This document shows positions 60,200 to 64,000 of a stretch of DNA of 64,000 bases, piece after piece. Source of the stretch: Azolla caroliniana (Eukaryota; Plantae; Polypodiophyta); assembly GCA_043228905.1 (NCBI GenBank), contig JBHGNT010000016.1, forward strand, positions 4,588,001 through 4,652,000, written 5' to 3'. The notes under the pieces were generated by a model. The model was not told the DNA's origin, ran no database searches, and was given only the letters and a program-made list of their open reading frames with translations. Positions within the stretch are counted from its first letter, which is position 1. Each line of letters starts with the position of its first letter. Made by a program: the position numbers and the translations under genes.

Positions 60200-63100
60200 T
60201 GTAGAGAATAGTGCGGAATATAGCTCAGCAACAACCGAGTTTTGAACACTTCAATGAGAATCAAACACAGAAATGGGAAGTACGGAGTGAACGCATGTAC
60301 ACACACGAGTCGATAGAGGGGACACAGGATGTTTACGTGGAAAACCCTAATAGGGAAAAATCACGGGACCCCACAGGCTCTGAACTATCACTATATGAGA
60401 AAGGTACAATCAGAGACTTGGAGGCAACGACCTCGAGCTCTATTTCTTCGCCAAGCTGCGGTTACAACTGAAACCGTTTTGTATCTTGCTCTCTCACTCT
60501 CTTCCTCTCTCTCTCTATATCACTGTTATACACATACTACAATATTACTACAACACCTTAATAAAGTGATTTCCCTAAGTCATATTTATACTTATATGAA
60601 CTTAGGGCTATTTACAAATATAGCCTCAATAGGCTTATTCAAAACATATTTACAAATATGTCTTCTCTTCTAGTTCTCACCGGGTCCTCTTCATCCATAA
60701 CCGGATCCCATCCGGAGGGATCTATTTCCCAACAATCTCCCCTTTCACTCCGGCATGGGATGTCTCGCCAACCCGATCCGCTTTTGGCATGCGTCGAGGT
60801 TGTCGGTTTTCAACACCGTGGTCAACATATTCGACCTGTTCTCCTCCGTGTGGATCTTCCTCAGCACGAACTCTTAATCTTCTACTCTCTCTCGGATCCA
60901 GTGGTACCTCCGGTGGATATGTTTCGTCCGGGAATGGTAGGCCGTGTTCTTTGCAAGGTGAATGACACTTTGACCATCGTAGTAGAGCTGGTATTCCTCC
61001 CGTTGGATCCCTAGCTCTCCGATGAAGTGCTTCATCCAGATTATCTCCTTGCCGGCTTCCACAGCGGCCATGTACTCGACCTCTGTGGTTGACAACGCAA
61101 CCGTCTTCTGCAGCCTCGACTGCCACGAAACAACTTCCCCTACATAAGTCACGACATATCCGGATGTAGAACGACTGGTATCCGCATCAGCCGGCATATC
61201 CGAATCGGTGAATCCGTCAAGTTGGGGATTACCGGAGCCAAACCGGAGGCACATACTCGAGGTGCCTTTCAAGTACCGGAGTATCCACTTGACCACGTTC
61301 CAATGCTCTCTTCTGGGATTGCTCATGAACCGGCTGACTACTCCTACAACGTAACCGATGTTCGGCTGGGTACACACCATCGCATACATCAAGCTCCCGA
61401 CGACAGATGCATATGGTATCTTCATCATATCCATCTTCTCTGTCTTTGTCTTCGGGCTTTGCTTTCCGGACAACTTGCAATTTGCCGAAAATGTCGATCC
61501 GACCGGTTTCGCCTTCGACATGTTGAACTGATGAAGCATCTTTGTCACGTACTTCTCCTCTGACAACCACAATAGCTTCTTCGACTAGTCCCGGATGATG
61601 TGCATTCCCAATATCTGTCTTGTCAGACCCAAGTCTTTCATTGAGAAGGTCTGGTTCAAAGCCTTATTCAACATTTGGATCTTGCCTTGGTCTCAATCGA
61701 CGATCAACATATCATTCACATATAGGGGAAGTATCAGGAAATCTCATCCGTCAAATTTCTTCACAAACATGTAGTGATCGGCCTGCGTCTTGTGGTACCC
61801 TTGGTCGGTCATGAAGGAGTCGAACATTCAATACCATTGTCGGGGAGCTTGCTTCAGTCCGTATAAACTCTTCTTCAGCCGACACACTAGGTGCTCCTTC
61901 CCTTTCTTCTCAAATCCTTCCAGTTGATGCATGTAGATCTCTTCTTTGAGGTCACCATGGAGAAATGTCGTCTTGACATCCAATTTCTCTACCTCGAGGT
62001 CATGCTTGCCTCTACTCCCAATACCGTCCAGATGGATTTCATTTTTACTACCGGGGCAAAGATGTCATCGAAGTCCACGCCTTTCTTTTGTTGGAAGCCC
62101 TTCACCATGATTCGGGCCTTATACATTGGTGGATTTCCGGCATCTCCCAGTTTCAGCTTGAAAACCCACTTGTTCCAGAGTGCTCTCTTCCCTTTCAGCA
62201 ACTACGTTAGTTCATACGTGTGGTTCTCATGCAGGGAATCCATCTCATCCTGCATGGCATTCAACCACTTGCAACTGTGCGTGTCTCTCTTTGCTTCTTT
62301 GAAGCTTTCTGACTCCCCCTCATTGGTTCGCAACACATGTTGTACATCCGGAAATCTTCGAGGGGCTCTTCTCTCTCAGAGAGGATATCTCTGTCCTTGG
62401 TTTCTAACTACCAGTTCCTTCGTTTGTTCCTCATCCAAGTCCGATTCGGGATCTTGTCCGGTTCCTGTGTCTTCTTCTTCTTCTTCTTTGGTCGGTTTGT
62501 TTTCTTGTCCGTATCCGGCCGGTTCGTCGAGTGTCATCCGGTTACCGGCTAACATCCGGTTTTCAATTGGGTAAGTCCTTGTGTCCTCAAGCTGGTTTTC
62601 ACTCGATGACCCGGAGTTCATCACCTTCGTCTCCGACTCCCAATCGGCAATGGTCCTGTCTTCCATTAAGACTATGTCTCGACTCTAGAACACCTTCTTG
62701 TCGACTAGATCCGACACCCGGTAACCGAACTCATCATTGCCGTATCCAAGGAATATGCATGGCCTGGACTTCGGGATCCAGCTTTGCTCTTTTGTCCTTT
62801 GCTACATGCACATATCTGAGACACCCGAACACCTTCAGATGCCGGTAACACACATCCTTTCCGGTCCATACTTTTTGCGGTGTGTCTCCGTCAAAGGGGA
62901 CTGAGGGTGATATGTTTATCACATAGGTTGCCGTCGTCAACGCCTCAACCCAAAACTGCTTGGGTAATTTTGCATGTGCCAGCATGCTCCGAACACTCTC
63001 CATCACGGTCCGGTTCATCCGTTCGGCCAGCCCGTTCAATTCTGACGTCTTCGGCACGGTGAATTCAAGCCGAATTCCCTTCGACCGACAGTACACCTGG

Positions 63101-64000
63101 AGCTGCCCTCGGTATTCTCCTCCGTTGTCCGCTCGAACCACCTTCAGCTTCTAGCCGGTTTCTCTTTCCACTCTCGCATGGAGCTCCTTGAAGACGGATA
63201 GCACATGATCCTTCGTCTTCAACGGTGAGACCCAAAACTGCCGGTTGTAGTCATCTATGAACGTCACGAAGTACTGGGATGCGGCATGTGACTTCATGTC
63301 CACTTGACACACATCGGTATGCACCAACTCCAGTGGTGCATTCCGTCTCATCGGTGGTCTTGACCAGAAGGAGGTTCGGTTTTTCTTGCCGGCAAGACAA
63401 TCGGTGCACTTCTAAAGTTGCACGTCCTTCACCGGAATGTGATTGTCTTTGACAAGTCTCTTCAATCCCTTCTCACTCATGTGACACAGTCTTTTGTGCC
63501 ACAGCTCACCGGCAATGTCAGATGCGACGTTCACTTCTTCCCGGCATATCCGGGCATGCATCAGATACAACGTGTTGACCTTCTGGGCTTGAGCCACTAT
63601 TAGGCTCCCTTTGCTGATGGAACGATGGAACGATGCTCTGGAATCAACAACCCACGTTGTCTCGTCGCCGACAAGGTTTAACTCATTCTCCTCAATAATG
63701 AGCATCCGTTCCTCTTCACTTGTCGCGATCGCCGACATTCCTTTCTGATCCGGGCCTCTCTGTCGAAACCATTTTGGTCCGAACTCTTCTTCAAATTAGT
63801 GGTGCCGGTTTCTTTCTCTTTTCGGAAATGCTGACAGTTCTTCTGGAAGTGCCCCGACTTCCCACAGTAGAAGCAAGTAGGCCTCCCCCTTGACTTCGAC
63901 CTCGTCCCCGAGTTGTCATGGTTTTGGGGACTCCGATACTAGCCTCTTCCCCGGTTGTGGTCATCTTCCGTGACCAAGGCCTTCAGATCGGTTCCGGACT
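60200..64000 (-). mobile_element. Degenerate copia element C (same family as B), running off the window; 3' LTR 60200-60734
   Basis: Zinc knuckle CFYCGKSGHFQKNC near 63835-63876; motifs LWHKRLCHMS, DNGGEY, SWQSRLQK and TKHIHRRYHWIRE; PPT AAAGGGGAG; inserted in the RT of E. Confidence 0.9.

Overview
This is eukaryotic DNA, most likely from a non-seed land plant (inferred from Tcn1-type chromoviruses, Tnt1/Tork-like copia elements and GT-AG introns). About 90% of the window is nested transposable elements. The only clear host gene is a 3-exon NAD(P)H:quinone oxidoreductase/FMN reductase (22544-23833, +). The left third holds copia and gypsy remnants, solo LTRs and a decayed Sola-like DNA transposon (~4645-10225). 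The right half is a five-level nest: Tcn1 'E' > Tcn1 'D' > non-chromovirus gypsy 'F' > a 17.3-kb Sola2-like DNA transposon (36534-53857; 25-bp TIRs, ATGA TSD) > a young Tcn1 'G' (42040-47391). The most notable object is the Sola2-like element. It has an intact, spliced 863-aa DDD transposase, a convergent 5-exon accessory gene (coiled-coil plus RING-like) and an FCP1/NIF-like pseudo-phosphatase ORF. Its large introns are filled with arrays of the palindrome TAGCTAATTAGCTA (stops in all six frames, also found beside both TIRs) or with telobox repeats. The unrelated Sola-like element on the left shows the same design: an accessory gene with a tiny first exon and a phase-2 intron holding an array of 37-bp palindromes. 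The Tcn1 elements also show self-priming PBSs, -1 frameshift signals and tRNA-like A/B boxes in their LTRs. All family assignments come from motif recognition by eye; no database search was run.
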